Shown in pieces: positions 1 through 13,076 of a stretch of 64,000 bases of DNA. Source of the DNA: Psammoneis japonica. Its lineage: Eukaryota. The position numbers and the translations under genes are program-made. The notes under the pieces are model-generated. The model searched no databases and was not told where the DNA came from. It saw only the letters and a list, made by a program, of their open reading frames with translations. The first letter of the stretch is position 1; every line of letters starts with the position of its first letter. The stretch lies in assembly GCA_008632985.1 (NCBI GenBank), contig QPGO01000044.1, positions 372,001-436,000 of the forward strand, read 5' to 3'.

Positions 1-1530
1 GGTTAATTCAGGAGTCAAAGAGGATGATGTCACTGCATTTCATGAGGCCACACCCCCAGTGCTGACTGTCACAATCATGAAAGAGTTGTCTCAAACATGT
101 TGAAGGCACAGAGGTCATCATCCTGCATGAGATCTCACACACCTTGCAAGCAAATGTGTCACAACAAGATTGTCCATTGAACACTCTTTGTTTGTGAACA
201 AACAACTTGCTTGTTTGTTTTCTTAAAATGATGTTGCCCTTGAACTTAAGCCAGTCAAATAAAAAAATTGGCCACACACACATTGTGATCAACCAACATG
301 TGAAACAAGAAATGGCTCACATTTTCTTTCAAACAATCACCTGTTGCATGAAGTCTGAACACAAACAACAACTCATTTCAATGCATTTGGCAGACTGTTG
401 TGTGTCAACTTCCCAGTCTTGGTGCTGTCTGATGGCAACACTTGATCATCACACAAACATGCTCCACCAGCGCATCTCATTGTGCCAGCACCTCTTTCAT
501 TTTCTGTTGCTGTCCCTGAACCCAAATGCTCCAAACCCAGGACTTTCCAAGGCATTGTCTTTTTTGCCCAGGACAAAATCAGCACAGCACAGTTCCCAAA
601 GATGTGCCATCATGCCATGCCACATGTTGTCAAGCGTGTCACCCATGCACCCATGAACAAGCTTTGTTGCCTCTTTGCTCTGTCAAAAACAGTCAAACAA
701 ATGCCACGCTGCAACACATCTGAAGATTGTCATGGCACCCCTTGCAACATTGGAGAATTTTGCCTGTTGGGGGGGCAGATTCTCATGATGATCCCATGCG
801 AACATGCAAGCCAGTTCTAGAGTGAATGGCATCTGCTGTGCTGCTCTCTCAGCAGACAGAGATCATGGGAAAATGCAAGTGGTTCAAGCAAAAGTTGAGG
901 CACAATGCAACACATGCATTGCCAAATTGCAGCCATTGATGACCATCATGAGGCGCAACCAGGTTTTCATCTGATGTCGCACATTTTCCCTGGCAAAGAC
1001 AAAAAGAAGTGGAGGCAGCACTGCTTGTGAAAAGCTGATCTCTCTGCTGACAAACCCAGTCTTTGCAAGAAGCTTTTGGATTTAGCAGACTGAGCTTCAT
1101 TTTGCATCTCCTCAGACACAGCTGGATTTTTCTTGACCTGATCAAGTGCATCTGGCATCTCTTGCAGCACATCTTGAGTGCATTGGGTGTCAACAACATG
1201 TTTCCAATCATTTTGTGATTTCTTGTCACTGCTGCTGCAGCTGTGGTTGCTCTGCTTTGTTTTAGAAACCATCATTTTGTGATGCTCTCTCATGTTGTGA
1301 CAAATGTCAATGTGGAAGCACCTCACACATGTTGTCCTTGCACTTAAAAATTCAAACGGGCAGGTGAGTGACAATCAAGAGATGTGCCCTTTTTGTCACA
1401 ATTGTGACATGTGTGAAGGTGCCACCACAGGCCACAACACAAGCAGCACTGATCATTTTAGTGTGTCACAAGCAGCAGTGATCAACAAGCAATTGATTGG
1501 CAATCAATTGACCATTTTTGTTGATTGTTG

Positions 1531-1692
1531 GAGGCAGGTTGAAAAAAATCTTGCTCTTGCATTTCCTGCTCACACAGCGGAACAAAAAAGCAACCCATCT
1601 GCTGCTGATTGGCTGTTGCCAATTGTTTGAGGCAGGTCAAAGAAAAAAGTCTTGCTCTTGCATTTCCTGCACACACAACAGAACAGAAAAAG
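1531..1692 (+). repeat. Imperfect direct repeat, about 60-bp core, about 100-bp period
   Basis: gaggcaggt..aaaaaa.tcttgctcttgcatttcctgc.cacaca occurs at about 1531 and about 1629. Confidence 0.8.
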
Positions 1693-2249
1693 TGGCCATT
1701 TTGTTGCTGTGGTTGATTTTCCACATGCAACTGGTTGGTGCTTGAGCAAATTTGTCATTGGCCCATGTGTGTGGTGACATCATCATGCTGTGGCTTCTGC
1801 GCATGAGGCAACAGCTACAACAACCATTTTGTGCATGCGCTCTGCAGCAATTCCCAAACAAAAACAATGACTGCATGCATGGCCACTCACTTCTGGGAGA
1901 ATGACAAGCCTGCTCTGCTTGGGGGCCCAATGAGATGCCATGCAGAGTGCAAGAAAAGAGAAAGCAAAATCTGTTTTGAAGGTGCTGCTGCACTTCCACC
2001 AGCAGCAGCCATCCAGAGCAGCTGGTGGCTGCAGTCAACAGCGGAGAAACAATGCATGTTGAGACTGCAGCACCAAGGATGCTGATCATTTTGCTTGCTG
2101 TCATCAGATTTTCTTTTTTTGCAGCTCTCCTCCTCTTGTGTCTAGAGAAGGAGAGTCTCTTGAGGTCTTCCTGGAGCTGCCCTCCAGCTTGAGAATCAGC
2201 ACACAAAAGGTCAACACAGTGGGTTTTGACAACAAAAAGAACACACAAG

Positions 2250-2830
2250 GCAAACAAGTTTGCTGCACAGCATGACATTGGAGTTGTGACTGCCTTTTCT
2301 GAAAACCACATGCTTGGAAACACATCCATGATTCACACCTTGGATTGTGGTCAACTGTGGGGGGCCACTTTTCACTTGTTTGTCATGAGAAAAACAAGAA
2401 AAAACAGCTCTGACTTCACAAAACAATTTTTTGGCAAAAATGGAAATGACACTTCTTGGTGCACATGTGATTGTGGTGAAGTCTAGAGCAGCTGTCCACT
2501 GCACTGTTGGAACTGCAAGTTGTTGGTGGCTTTTCATTGCATCACCAGAGCAAGTTCAAGAAGCAATTTGTTGCTGCAGTTCAAAGAAAATCTCAAGGTT
2601 TGGGCCAACAACATGATGTGGGATCAGGGCTGCACATTTGCGGGCTGGTGCACTGCTGCATTGAGCATGGGCACAAGGGTGCACATTGACATGTGCAAAC
2701 ACTTGAAATGATCTAGAATGGGTTTGTGGAACTTCACAAGATTGCAGCAACACACTTTCTCATTGACTGGACAACCACATTTTAGTCCACAAAGCATTGA
2801 TGCCATGGATCAACTGTGACACATGAGTCA
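2250..2830 (+). pseudogene. Hypermutated copy/paralog of the DUF1647-like gene at 7879
   Basis: Collinear with 8040-8620: KANKFAAQHDIGVVTAFSENHMLGNTSM vs KANKCTPQHDIGIVTAFSENHMLENISM; FKENLKVWANNMMWD vs FKENPTVWANNMMRD; multiple frameshifts. Confidence 0.92.
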
Positions 2831-5666
2831 TGAGTCTGGTTCACAGATGATGCTTCCTGTCACCCAGCACATCATCTTCTGGAAGAAATGTCCATTGAAT
2901 CTCTTGGCAACAGCAACTGGAGTGATCTTCATGGCCATCAGGCTGGAATGCCTCTTCTGGTCAACCATGAGAACTTCTCACAATTTGCATCTTTAGAGCA
3001 TCTCTTTGTTCCCACAGCTGTCATCATCCTCTGCACTGCACCTTTGCAACTTCAAAAGAATTCTCTGCTCTCCCTGTTTGCCATGAATTGTTGTGTCACA
3101 AGTGGCTGTGACCCCAATTTGAGCACTGTGGGTGTCAACTTGAAATGAGTTGCTGCTGCTCAGTCATCTCCTTGCAGATGGCATCCAATCCACATTGCAG
3201 TCCAGTGGCAATCTTCTGTGTCACAGCTCTGCAGCCAATCTTCCATGTTCACTCTTCATCCAGAAACATGCCTGATTCTTGGACAACTGCTCCTGCTGAC
3301 CCTCTTGCCAGAATGGACCTGAGCTGCCACCCAACAGCTCACTGCTGCATTTGTGGCTGTCAGCACACCCAACACTCCTCCAATGCTTCCAACGCCCATC
3401 ATGGCAGAAAGCATTCTCCCATGGTGTCCATCTTGGTGGCTCTCTCTTTTGAACAACCAGAACAAGTAGAAGGACACTTGCATCTGCCACTTTGTGCCTC
3501 AGTGTTGCCATCTGAAGGCCATCAACTGCTCCATTGAGCAATCCCTTCATGACCAACAACATGCCTCACCAACTGCTTCCCATTTGACCATCTGCAATGG
3601 TCATTTTAGATGACCCAAGATGTTCAGGATGGTCTCTTGTTCAGGTGGTGACTCAAACTGATCACTGCCATGGCTGCCACCTTGGGCTGCTGATCACTGC
3701 CATGACTGCTGTTTCTGACCCCATGCTGTCAAGTGCGCTGTGCCTCTCATCATGGCAGTCTCCTTTCAAGCACTTTTTTCATGCTCAGCTTGGGACAGGA
3801 TGGAGACAGTCCTGCCCACACACTTGTTTTCTCCAGAGGCACATTCTCCAATGATGTTGCTTTGCTTTGGGAAAGCACAACAAGAGGCTTCATTTCTGGC
3901 TCTTGGCACAAAATGCGGGAGCACAACCAATCCCTTCATGAGGAGAGCATGATCATCCTCCTGGATTTCCTGTGTTTCATTGCAGAACATCTCTCCCAGC
4001 ACAATGACAGCCATGCCAACACTGGGCATCACAAAACAGATCTGTCATTTGGATGAGTGCCTGCAATCAAGCATGAGTGCAGAAACAAGCACCACCATGA
4101 TGATGATTAAGAAGCACCATGGAGAGCAGCAAACTTTGCACCAGATGCAAGAGGGCCGGCACCAAAATTTTGAGCACATTCTTGGGACTTGCTGGAATGT
4201 TTGGCTGAGTGTTTTCCCACAAATGACCATCAGCACTGAAGTGAGTGCTCACAAATGCACAACTCAAGAGGCACTGGAACATTGTGTTGTTTGCAGCACA
4301 AGCCACACATGATCAGTGTAGAAAAAGAAAAGAGCACAAAAAAGCTTGAGCCCAATTTACAGTGCCGTTGCACCTTTGCCCAGCAACACCGGCACTGGCT
4401 GGCCCACACTTCCAGCACACCCTGCAAGGGGGGTGTGGCAGAAGCTCATGCAAGAATTGGCTGGTCACAGTGCCACCTTGCAGCAACACCTGCCCACCAA
4501 AGACAACTGATGAGAACAAAATGGCGTGCAGATGAGGCCTTTGCTTTCTTTTGAATTGGGCGCACATGTGACCCACAAAACAGCAGCAAAGGAGGACGGT
4601 CATGTTTGGAATGGGGAGCATGGACTAAAGTCTCTCCTGCTTTTGTCACAATGGAAACCACAAAATGCTTTTGGACTGTGTTTGGATTAGAAACAAGTGA
4701 AAGGAGGATTTGGAACTTGTTCAGGGTCTTGCCAAGGCTGAAGAATGCAAGTGCTTTGGCATTGCTGAAAAATGCTTGCAATCTAATGACTTTGCTGAGG
4801 CTGCTGCTGTGAACACAAAGCTCTTTCATCACACCAAAGCATGGCAGGAGGAAGTGTTCACAAGAGTTTGGTGATGCAAATTGCCAAGCACTGGCAAAGG
4901 GGAAACAAGTGGGGGACTTTCAGTGCATGCACCAGGCACATGAATTCATGCTCCCACCAAGAAAACTGAACACAAGTTAAAAAAAACAGGGGGGGAGAAC
5001 ATCATCAAGTCTGTTGACAAATTGTTGGCACAACCTCACAAGTGTTGAGACCCAGATCATGTTCCCAAACACTCTGTTTTCTGTGTTGAACTGTGATGCC
5101 TGCCAACTTCCATCCATGCTCTGAGATCTTGGGTGTTTCTTTTTTGCTTTGGCTGAGGGCATCATGTGGCATCTGTCTTCTGTCATGCAGCAGAAGATGA
5201 TGTGATGGCCTGCTGGTGGCACTGTTCATCACAGCTGGTCATTGGTGGCAGACTGACAGACAGACTGTGGACTGACCTCCTGCCTGCTGGCTCTGAACCA
5301 CTGCAAGCTCAACTCGCCAACAAAGAATGACAACCACCAACTCCTTCTGCCATGGTGCACAGCTTGCTGGCTTGCCACTTGCTGTCCAGAGACAACAACA
5401 CAGACACACAAGCTGTCATTGTCAACACAGCTCTTGGTGTGATTTTTGGGATGCTTGTGTTGACTCAAAAAGGGAAAGGGGGTGCAGGTGCACCAGAGTG
5501 CCACTGTGCTGTGACAAAGATGCAAACAGGAGAAACTGTCAGCAGCAGCTGCTGCTTGTCCCCACATGCACTGCCTTGCTCAAAAGCCTTGATGCTGTGT
5601 GAGTGATGGAGAAAAAAAGAGAGTGAGAGAAGATCACAAGGCAAAAGAGCAGCACAATTTGATCCC

Positions 5667-5669
<3 letters not shown>

Positions 5670-5711
<42 letters not shown>
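5670..5711. repeat. (GA)n microsatellite
   Basis: Uninterrupted ga run of about 40 bp. Confidence 0.97.
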
Positions 5712-5718
<7 letters not shown>

Positions 5719-5961
5719 TTGATTGACTGTTCACAAAGCACAAGCTCTGTGCACTTGCAGTCATTGAAAGGTGCCACTTGCCTTCAATCAAATGACACAA
5801 ATCAATTTTTTACAAGAGCAGACACTGAAAGAAGTGCAGATGAAGGATCCAAAACAGTGCATGATGGCCACTTTCTTGTGGTTGATCACATCTGCCAACC
5901 ACTCACAAGAACATGTGACTGAGTGCCCCCCCCCCCGGCATTCAGTGTTGTGCATGTGCAA

Positions 5962-6108
5962 AAATCTGTTTGCACAGTGCTCCATGCTGACATGCCACAA
6001 ATGTGATGGTTGGTGACAATTGTGCATGACGACATGTGCTGTGCACAAATCTGTTTGCACAGTGCTCCATGCTGACATGCCACAAATGTGACAGTGGATG
6101 ACAATTGT
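5962..6108 (+). repeat. Direct repeat, 85-bp period
   Basis: aaatctgtttgcacagtgctccatgctgacatgccacaaatgtga is identical at 5962 and 6047, with further similarity to tgacaattgtg. Confidence 0.9.
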
Positions 6109-7603
6109 GACATTGAAGGTGCAACAGAAAAGCACCAGAGAGGTGCCTGGGATCCAGCGAGTGTGCTGCAAATTGTGCACAAGCTGAACGACTTTCCCGT
6201 GTTGCCCAGTGAGAGACACAGCCAGTTGCTGATAGACTCACATTGAAGTTTGAACTTGTGTCTTGACTTTCTGCCAACAAGTGTTTCTTTTGCACTCAAG
6301 CACACTTGTGCTGGGGCTGCACACTCTAAAACTTTAAAATTGTGACTGTTGAAAAGGGTTGAGGTTGGTCACACATGTGTTGAAGTGGCAGTTCTTGAAC
6401 CAAGTCTAGGACAGCAGCAGCGCCAGAAGAGTTGGCATCATTCTGGCTCCAAACAATGGTGCAAAAGAAGGACCCAAGTCATCCTTGGCACTGGTGGTGT
6501 GCTGGCAGCACCAGAGATCACACCACCATGGAGGAGGCGCCAGTGCACACCTCAAAACTGCCCTTCCACCCATCCTTTGGCTGAGGTTGGGTTTGAGTGG
6601 AGCACCTGCCAGTGCCCGTGCATGCAGAGCCACCACCTCAGGATGAAGCAATGAGCGGCATTTGCACCGGCGGTGCACCAAACAATGAACATGGCAAGCA
6701 ATGTCCATTTGCACCATGACCATGCCCCATGGCTGTGACCCCTGATGATGAGCTCCAGCTTGGGGTGGCATCTCACAGCAATGGCAGGGCCATGTGAGGA
6801 CACCCTGCATTTTTTGGTGTTTTGGTGAAAAATTTGGGTGCATTTCTGCGTAACTTTGGGGATCACTTTTGTGCCAGTTTGTGGCACAAAATTGTTGGGC
6901 CATCCACTGAACAATTTTTAACATTTTCATGCTCTGCTGCATTCTCTGACATTTGCAGAGAGAGTGCAGCCATGCACCATGCAAATTTTCAACATGAAAA
7001 GGTGCAGCACCTCTGGTGGCACACAAGCTGTGGAGCTTTCACACAAATTTCCACAAGCAAAGTGTTGTCACACCGCCAAGAAGTCCTGCCCAGAGCTGGA
7101 ACAAATGCAACAATGGGGGGTGGGGGAGAGAGAGGCATCCCTCAGCTCTGGAGGTGTGTGCCGCACAAAAGTCATGCACACTTCAATGTGCAGTCTTCTT
7201 CTTTCACAAAATTGTTTCACACAACAGCATGCCTCCCATTTTGCAAAGCCAACACAGATGGAGGAGCCACATTTCAGCCATTTCTCTGACAACACAGTAA
7301 AAAGTGGGGGCTGCATTTTTCAAAGTCTGAAGAGTGCAGCTCTGAGCATGCCAAAGGTGGCACACTTCAAGCACGGAAATCATTGACTGCAAAATTAACT
7401 CGTTTTGACAGCAGTCGTTGGCTGTTCATCACCCAGCAACAGCTTTGCTGCAGAGCTTGCACAGGTCCCTTTTCAACTTGCCAACCAAGGGCAATTGCAA
7501 TGGAGAAAAAAAAAAACAGCAGAAGCAAAGATGCAACGGCACGGCAGACGGCAGCCTCAGCAAGCCTCGCTCGCTCTTCCTGAGCCTGTGCTTCCTGCGG
7601 CGA

Positions 7604-7604
7604 G

Positions 7605-7636
<32 letters not shown>
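7604..7636. repeat. (TGCG)n microsatellite at the edge of block 1
   Basis: gtgcgtgcgtgcg... about 8 units. Confidence 0.95.
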
Positions 7637-7878
7637 GCGGTATGGTGCGTTGGGACGACGCTTCGACCGTTGTGTGCCAGATAATGCGTTGATATGAGGA
7701 TGTGTTATTCATGCAATATACGATATAAAAAGTATGTTCACATCACTGTACTCCATGCATGAAGACATTTTTAAAAACCGAACGGTCGGTTGGGGAATTT
7801 CAAATTACTTCGTCCCCACTGTTGAAAAAATCATGATGTCAAAGACAATGTTAGGCCCTAATTAATTGCGCACCAAAG

Positions 7879-8872
7879 ATGATGGTCAATTTGCTCGCTG
7901 TTGTCAGCTTTTCATGTGTACTTCTCCTCCTCTTTACGGTTATTTGGTCTGACCGAAACCTGCCCCCAGCTGAAGAATTCGCACAAACGAAAACACCAAA
8001 GGTCATCACAATGGATTTTCAACAGCGAGAAGAATGCAAGGCAAACAAGTGCACTCCGCAGCACGATATTGGAATCGTGACTGCCTTTTCGGAAAACCAC
8101 ATGCTCGAAAACATATCCATGCTTCGCACCTTGATTGCGGTCAATTACACTGGCCCGCTTTTCATTTACGTCATGAGACAACCGGGAGAAGACAATTCTG
8201 CCTTCATAAAAGAATTCTCGACAAAAATAGAAACGACAACTCTCGATGCACACGTGATAGATTATGAAGTCTCGAGTGATTATCTATTCTACTGTTGGAA
8301 ACCGCAAGTAATTGGTGACTTTTTATTGCATCACCAGAACGAGTTCAAGACGTACATGTGGACCGATTCGTCGACGCGATTCAAAGAAAATCCCACCGTT
8401 TGGGCCAACAACATGATGCGGGATCACGTTGCGTTTGCGGGTCGTACTGCTCCATTGGGTATGGGCGAAGGGACACACATTGACACGTACACGTACTTGA
8501 AACAGTCTCGAATGGACTTTGTGGAATACCGTGAGATTAAAGCGACTCACTTTCTCATGAATCTGGGTGACCACGATTTGGTCCATGAAGTCTTGATGCC
8601 ATGGATCGACTGTGCCACGCGGGCGTGTCCGGACCTGCATGGCTCCGCCGGGATCGTCCAAAGAGATTATGAAAGGCAAGGTCATTCGTGGACCACCCTC
8701 CACCACATACATTGCACACCGACAGGATCAGTCCGCTCTGAGTGTTTTAGTGTATGCCTTAAAAATACAGCGGTCCGGAAATGTAAAATTGCACAATAAC
8801 CGAGACTACATTAGAGTTGACATTGTCAGGCACGCCGATGAAGGGGTAACAACGTTGTATGATCTAAGCTAG
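7879..8872 (+). CDS. DUF1647-like type II membrane protein (putative glycosyltransferase-like); frameshift near 8630
   Basis: N-terminal TM anchor; IVTAFSENH, YCWKPQVI, MWTDSSTRF, PWIDCA; continues in the 8612-8872 frame as CMAPPGS...HRQDQSALSVL, motifs I recognise from DUF1647. Confidence 0.7.
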
Positions 8873-9352
8873 CTGAAGACATGTAATGAGTTTCAACGTG
8901 CATTACCCTCCCGAGTACTGTCGTAGAGAAAAGATGTCGCACCACATTTTTGCCTCGCACATTCATACTACGATTCAACAATCGTCCTCGCCACATAATT
9001 TCTCCACAATCAGACGAAAACTTATTTCGTTGGGGCACAGGACGCGAGATCGGCGAACTTAATCTCCTGAGCGGTGCTTACCGTACGGTACTAGGTAGAC
9101 TGTCTCCAAGTTTATACGGTAGAAATTCCCAGTCTTATGGCAGAATGTGCGTACAGCGTGACATCCAGAGTGAATGCAAGTTGCAATCCTACCGCACAGC
9201 GCTTCCTCGCATGTCGCTCGAACAGCCGTACAAGATACTTTTCCAAATCGCAACGTCTCTTAAAACAATATATTCGGTGCTTTGAACCCGTCAAGTTGCA
9301 ACGGAATGAGGCAGAGAAGATGGTACCTCAGATAATACAAGCCCGGGCGTTT

Positions 9353-9830
9353 TTATACATAGTGTACTGGACCTGCCCTTTTGGACTGAATGTCGTACGC
9401 CACCCCGGGGGGAACGTTCCCAGACTCTTGAATGAATGTTGCCTTGGGAGTGCCAGACAGGTTGATCTTGTACACGCTGTCTTCATTGGTGTGCAGGCTC
9501 AAACGAATACCATGCACAGTGTCGGGCTCACAGGACACATTGCGAGCTGGTGCCTTACCATCTCCTTGGTATTTCCCCCCCTTGGCAGATCAATCTCTTG
9601 CAGAGATATGGATGCACGCCTTTTCTCCGAGTGGCAGAGACAACAAGCTCCACGTTTGACCGGAGGTGGAGTAGGCGTCAGCGTCGGTTCTGGAGTAGCA
9701 CTACAGGTGGCAGTGTCGGGGGTCGGTGTGTCGGCGGGAGGGTTGGAGGCCAAAACCTTCGAAAATTCCACTGAGCACCATCTGGCACTTCCCCTTGCAT
9801 GGTGGATCTCTCGATTCGGGAAGAACGAAA
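9353..9830 (-). other. Possible disrupted coding fragment with a Pro/Thr-rich linker
   Basis: PPADTPTPDTATCSATPEPTLTPTPPPV followed by protein-like sequence in shifting frames; family not recognised. Confidence 0.3.
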
Positions 9831-9863
9831 TCCCCGCTGTACAAACTAATGCTATCAGTTGCG

Positions 9864-11110
9864 TTATTGTTGAACTTGATTGAGCCACTTCAAAATGGCG
9901 TCGTCGGACAATTCGGCCAAGCGGTGTCCCAGTGATGCAAATCCCAATAGCGAGGAATTGTAGAGGATGATGTCCTTGCGCCGGTCTGCGACAGCATTCA
10001 TCCAAGGATGCAAAGGTGAGCTCAAAATGTACCCATTCCCCTTGGACGACATGGTCGCCAAGTCACAAAAGGTGGATGCACCACACAGGGTGGCGCGCCT
10101 TGCCAAGACGAGACGAGAAATGGTTTTCGGTATCGTTTCGGTATCCGGGTGGTTGTAAATGCCAATGCTGGCCTTGGGAAAGCGCCTATGGAGAAATCGT
10201 ACAAGATCCTTGACAAACAATCGGCAGCGGGACGCATATTCCTTGTCTCCAGCCCTCAATTTAGAGCTCTCAAACGGCTGTGTGACAATGGCAATCGACA
10301 GAGCCGCATCGTTGTTACTCTGGGTTTCCTTTTCAATTTGTCGAGCATACGTTTCATGAGGCATGAGACCATAATTTGGGTTTAGGGCATGCAAGACGTC
10401 TCCACAGCGATAATGAAGGACAATATCCGATACAGCGGCACGCGGTAGTACCTTTCTGGCAAGAAATCGGTAGTGATGGCGAATGGCGTCGGTGGCAAGG
10501 TGCATAATGTTGCATTCGTTTGGATACAACGTGTCGCACTGACGGCAAATCTCTGGTATGGATGGCAATGAATTCATATCCAATAAGTCGTCTGCATCTT
10601 CAAATGAGATGCGGCCTTGAAAAGGTATAGAAACGAATTTCTTGACTTGGGACCTTGCAAACACTCGAATGTAAAGGTAGCATTCGACGCTCTTGCCATG
10701 AGCCATGCCATGTATATTCTAGATACCTTGTTTCCAAGACGAATATCCCTGCAATCTTTCTCGACATAAACGACTCTTCTTTTCTCATGTTTGGTTAATT
10801 CGAATGAAAATGCTTGTTCAAGAGGAGCGCAGATGGATCGATGCGCATTGTTGTATTGAATAGTCACAACGCTTGGTATCGCAGTCGATTTTTCAGTTAC
10901 GTTCTCTTTTGACAAGCTAGAATGAGACGTTTCTGTTTTCAATATCGTAGAGGATGGCCCAATGTTCTTATTATTTGGTCCCAACAATGCTCTCCTTGCC
11001 GAAATGCACGTCAAAAGCCCGAAAACGACAAGCGTCACAACCCCTCGAGCGATACCGGCGTGTTGCTTTGACTTTTGTTCCCTAGTAGCTACCTCGTTGG
11101 TCTTGGACAT
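9864..11110 (-). CDS. Fucosyltransferase-like (GT11/GT23 superfamily-like) type II membrane protein; frameshift near 10620
   Basis: ORF 10574-11110 has a TM anchor and RLGNKVSRIY (GLGNQ-like motif); ORF 9864-10706 has DIVLHYRCGDV (HxRxGD motif) and CGASTFC (STF motif); the frames join at a T homopolymer. Confidence 0.65.
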
Positions 11111-11459
11111 GATGATTCACAAGAACATGAGCACCAATACGACGCCGTTGATGTGAGAGCGAGGTGATGTCAGAGCAACGGCCGGTGAAATTTCAAAAAC
11201 CAAAAACATCAAATTCAAATATTTTTATATATTGCTTAATATGTGTATTTTTTATTATTTTTATTCTAATGAATGAAGACAAATAATAAGTGGCCGCGCG
11301 ACTGGTGCGTCATCGCGCAGTCGAGCAGGCGCGCGATTTTGACGCGAGAATGTCAACGTCGCCATTCATCATGCTTCTGCCGAAAGGTGCAATGATAGAG
11401 ACACAGAAAAATATCCTGGTCGTGCTGTAATAAATTGTTGTGCTGTTGTTCTTGCAACC

Positions 11460-13076
11460 ATGGCAAACACGTGCGCTACTGTGGAATCGTCACACTCTCC
11501 GTCGGCGACAGAGTCTCCAGCTGCTACCAAGCCAAAGGAACAGAGTAGTAGCAAACGACCTGCGCCTTTGTTTATCCCCTCTAGCAGTAAGAAACGGCGT
11601 GTTGGAATCGTGAGGCGAACCCACTCACCGAAAAACGTGGTGCGTAAAGTAGGCGAGAATCTCCTCTGTAAAAGGAGAAACGCAAGTGTATCATGGTATA
11701 TGGTATCTGGATGTGTGTTTGAGCACTTTAGGCCTGCAGAATCTATAATTTTGTCGAAACGGATCAACGCATGTTTCGATTCTCATTTTTGTTCTGTGCA
11801 AACCCGCATGACTGACCGCTGTTTCTCAATGTCGCTTGTTTTCCCCCATCTCTGTATGTGACAGCCATCTCCACTCTCCTCTCCGGTAATTGTTCAACAC
11901 GGTACGGGTTGCTTTGATGTGCATCGGGTCGCACCTACCGTCCCGGGAGTTGCCGAAGGAGCAAGACTGCTCGTGGCCGGTGAAATTTTGTCGGTTCCTA
12001 CCGAAACAACCTACTATTACTGCGCAACGATTGACCTAAACAGCAAGAAAGCATCAAACAACCAAAAGCAAAGCTCCACAGAAACAAACAATAACGGCAA
12101 GAAAGCCTCCAGTCTGTCAACTGCCAGTCCACGTAAGTACATGAATGATTGAGCCGTTTTTAGACGCCTGACTAGCTGGACTCATGGCAACCCCCCTCTT
12201 GCTTTTCTTTCTCTCCACCAAGTATCTTGTTTGTTTAAGAACAACCAGCATCATCCACAGCCCAAGCTGCTGCTACAATCTCCTTCAGAAGTGGATCGAA
12301 TATTGACCTTTGTGCCCAAAGCCTACATGATTCAGTCCTCCTCCTCTTCGTCTCCGAGCTCGCCTCCGCCGCCCGTTTCCTTTCACGAAGGCCGGGCGGT
12401 GTTGCATCGGTTAGCCGCACGGTACTGGCCTGGACCACTCCCCATGTATCTGTCATTGTGCTCCAAGAGTGGATTAAATGATATTTGTTGTTGTTGTTGC
12501 AGTCCTGATGAAAGCGAAGACCGAGTCAAGTTGCCTCTGGAGTACATGTATGAGATGCCGACCAAGACCGATGATTCACAAGAAGAAGAAAGAGATTGTT
12601 TGTTTCTTGGAATGCATTGTCCATCCCATCCACTGACAGGGCGTGTGTTGAATGATGTGCATGAACAATCGCAAGACAAGGTCGTGGCGGCTGTCAACGC
12701 AATTGTGGATGAACCACAAGAGTACCTGACGGCGGCAAAGGATGTTTGTCACCATTTGATTACCCTCCCAGCCACAAGGGATCGCAAGATTTTGTACGTG
12801 TTAAATGGCGAAGACAAACGAGAAGCCTTTGTGGTACCAACGTGCCAATACGGTCAACCCAGTCGTGTCGGGTTGTGGATTCACTCAAGTCGACGAACCA
12901 TTTATTTGATTGGTTCGGCTGCGGCTCCTGATGCGTGCGTCAAAGATTTGAGCAGTCAACAAGTACAGAATGCTCTACAACACCCCACCAATAGCCAAGA
13001 TCCAAAACGAAAAAACCGAAACCGAGTCATTTCGGCCGTGTTGCGGAAATGGAAAGTTATCGATTGTCGGGTATAA
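11460..13076 (+). CDS. Divergent Sua5/YrdC-fold protein; exons 11460-11639, 11865-12132, 12223-13076
   Basis: ARLLVAGEILSVPTETTY, LAARYWPGPL and CPSHPL match YrdC motifs (PTETVY, FWPGPLT, PxHP); two GT-AG introns keep the frame. Confidence 0.75.

Larger units (their letters stand above)
1..7640. other. Hypermutated block 1 (CpG- and TpA-depleted, TpG/CpA-rich degenerate DNA)
   Basis: TAT/TAC/ATA/GTA almost absent and CG rare; six-frame ORFs are Cys/His-rich and almost Tyr-free; contains a degenerate gene copy at 2250-2830. Boundaries approximate. Confidence 0.9.

Noticed and set aside
560..660. GT61-like fossil motif DTLDNMWHGMM on the minus strand
   Set aside because: A single short motif; insufficient support without a profile search
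5962..6108. CRISPR-like repeat-spacer array
   Set aside because: Only two units, no cas genes, eukaryotic context
1..7600. Dozens of overlapping Cys/His-rich ORFs here and in the other blocks as novel metal-binding proteins
   Set aside because: They occur in all six frames and follow from loss of TAA/TAG stops and TAY->TGY/CAY conversion; they are not genes
2250..8620. Classical fungal RIP
   Set aside because: RIP creates TpA and hits both copies; here TpA is destroyed and one copy is spared
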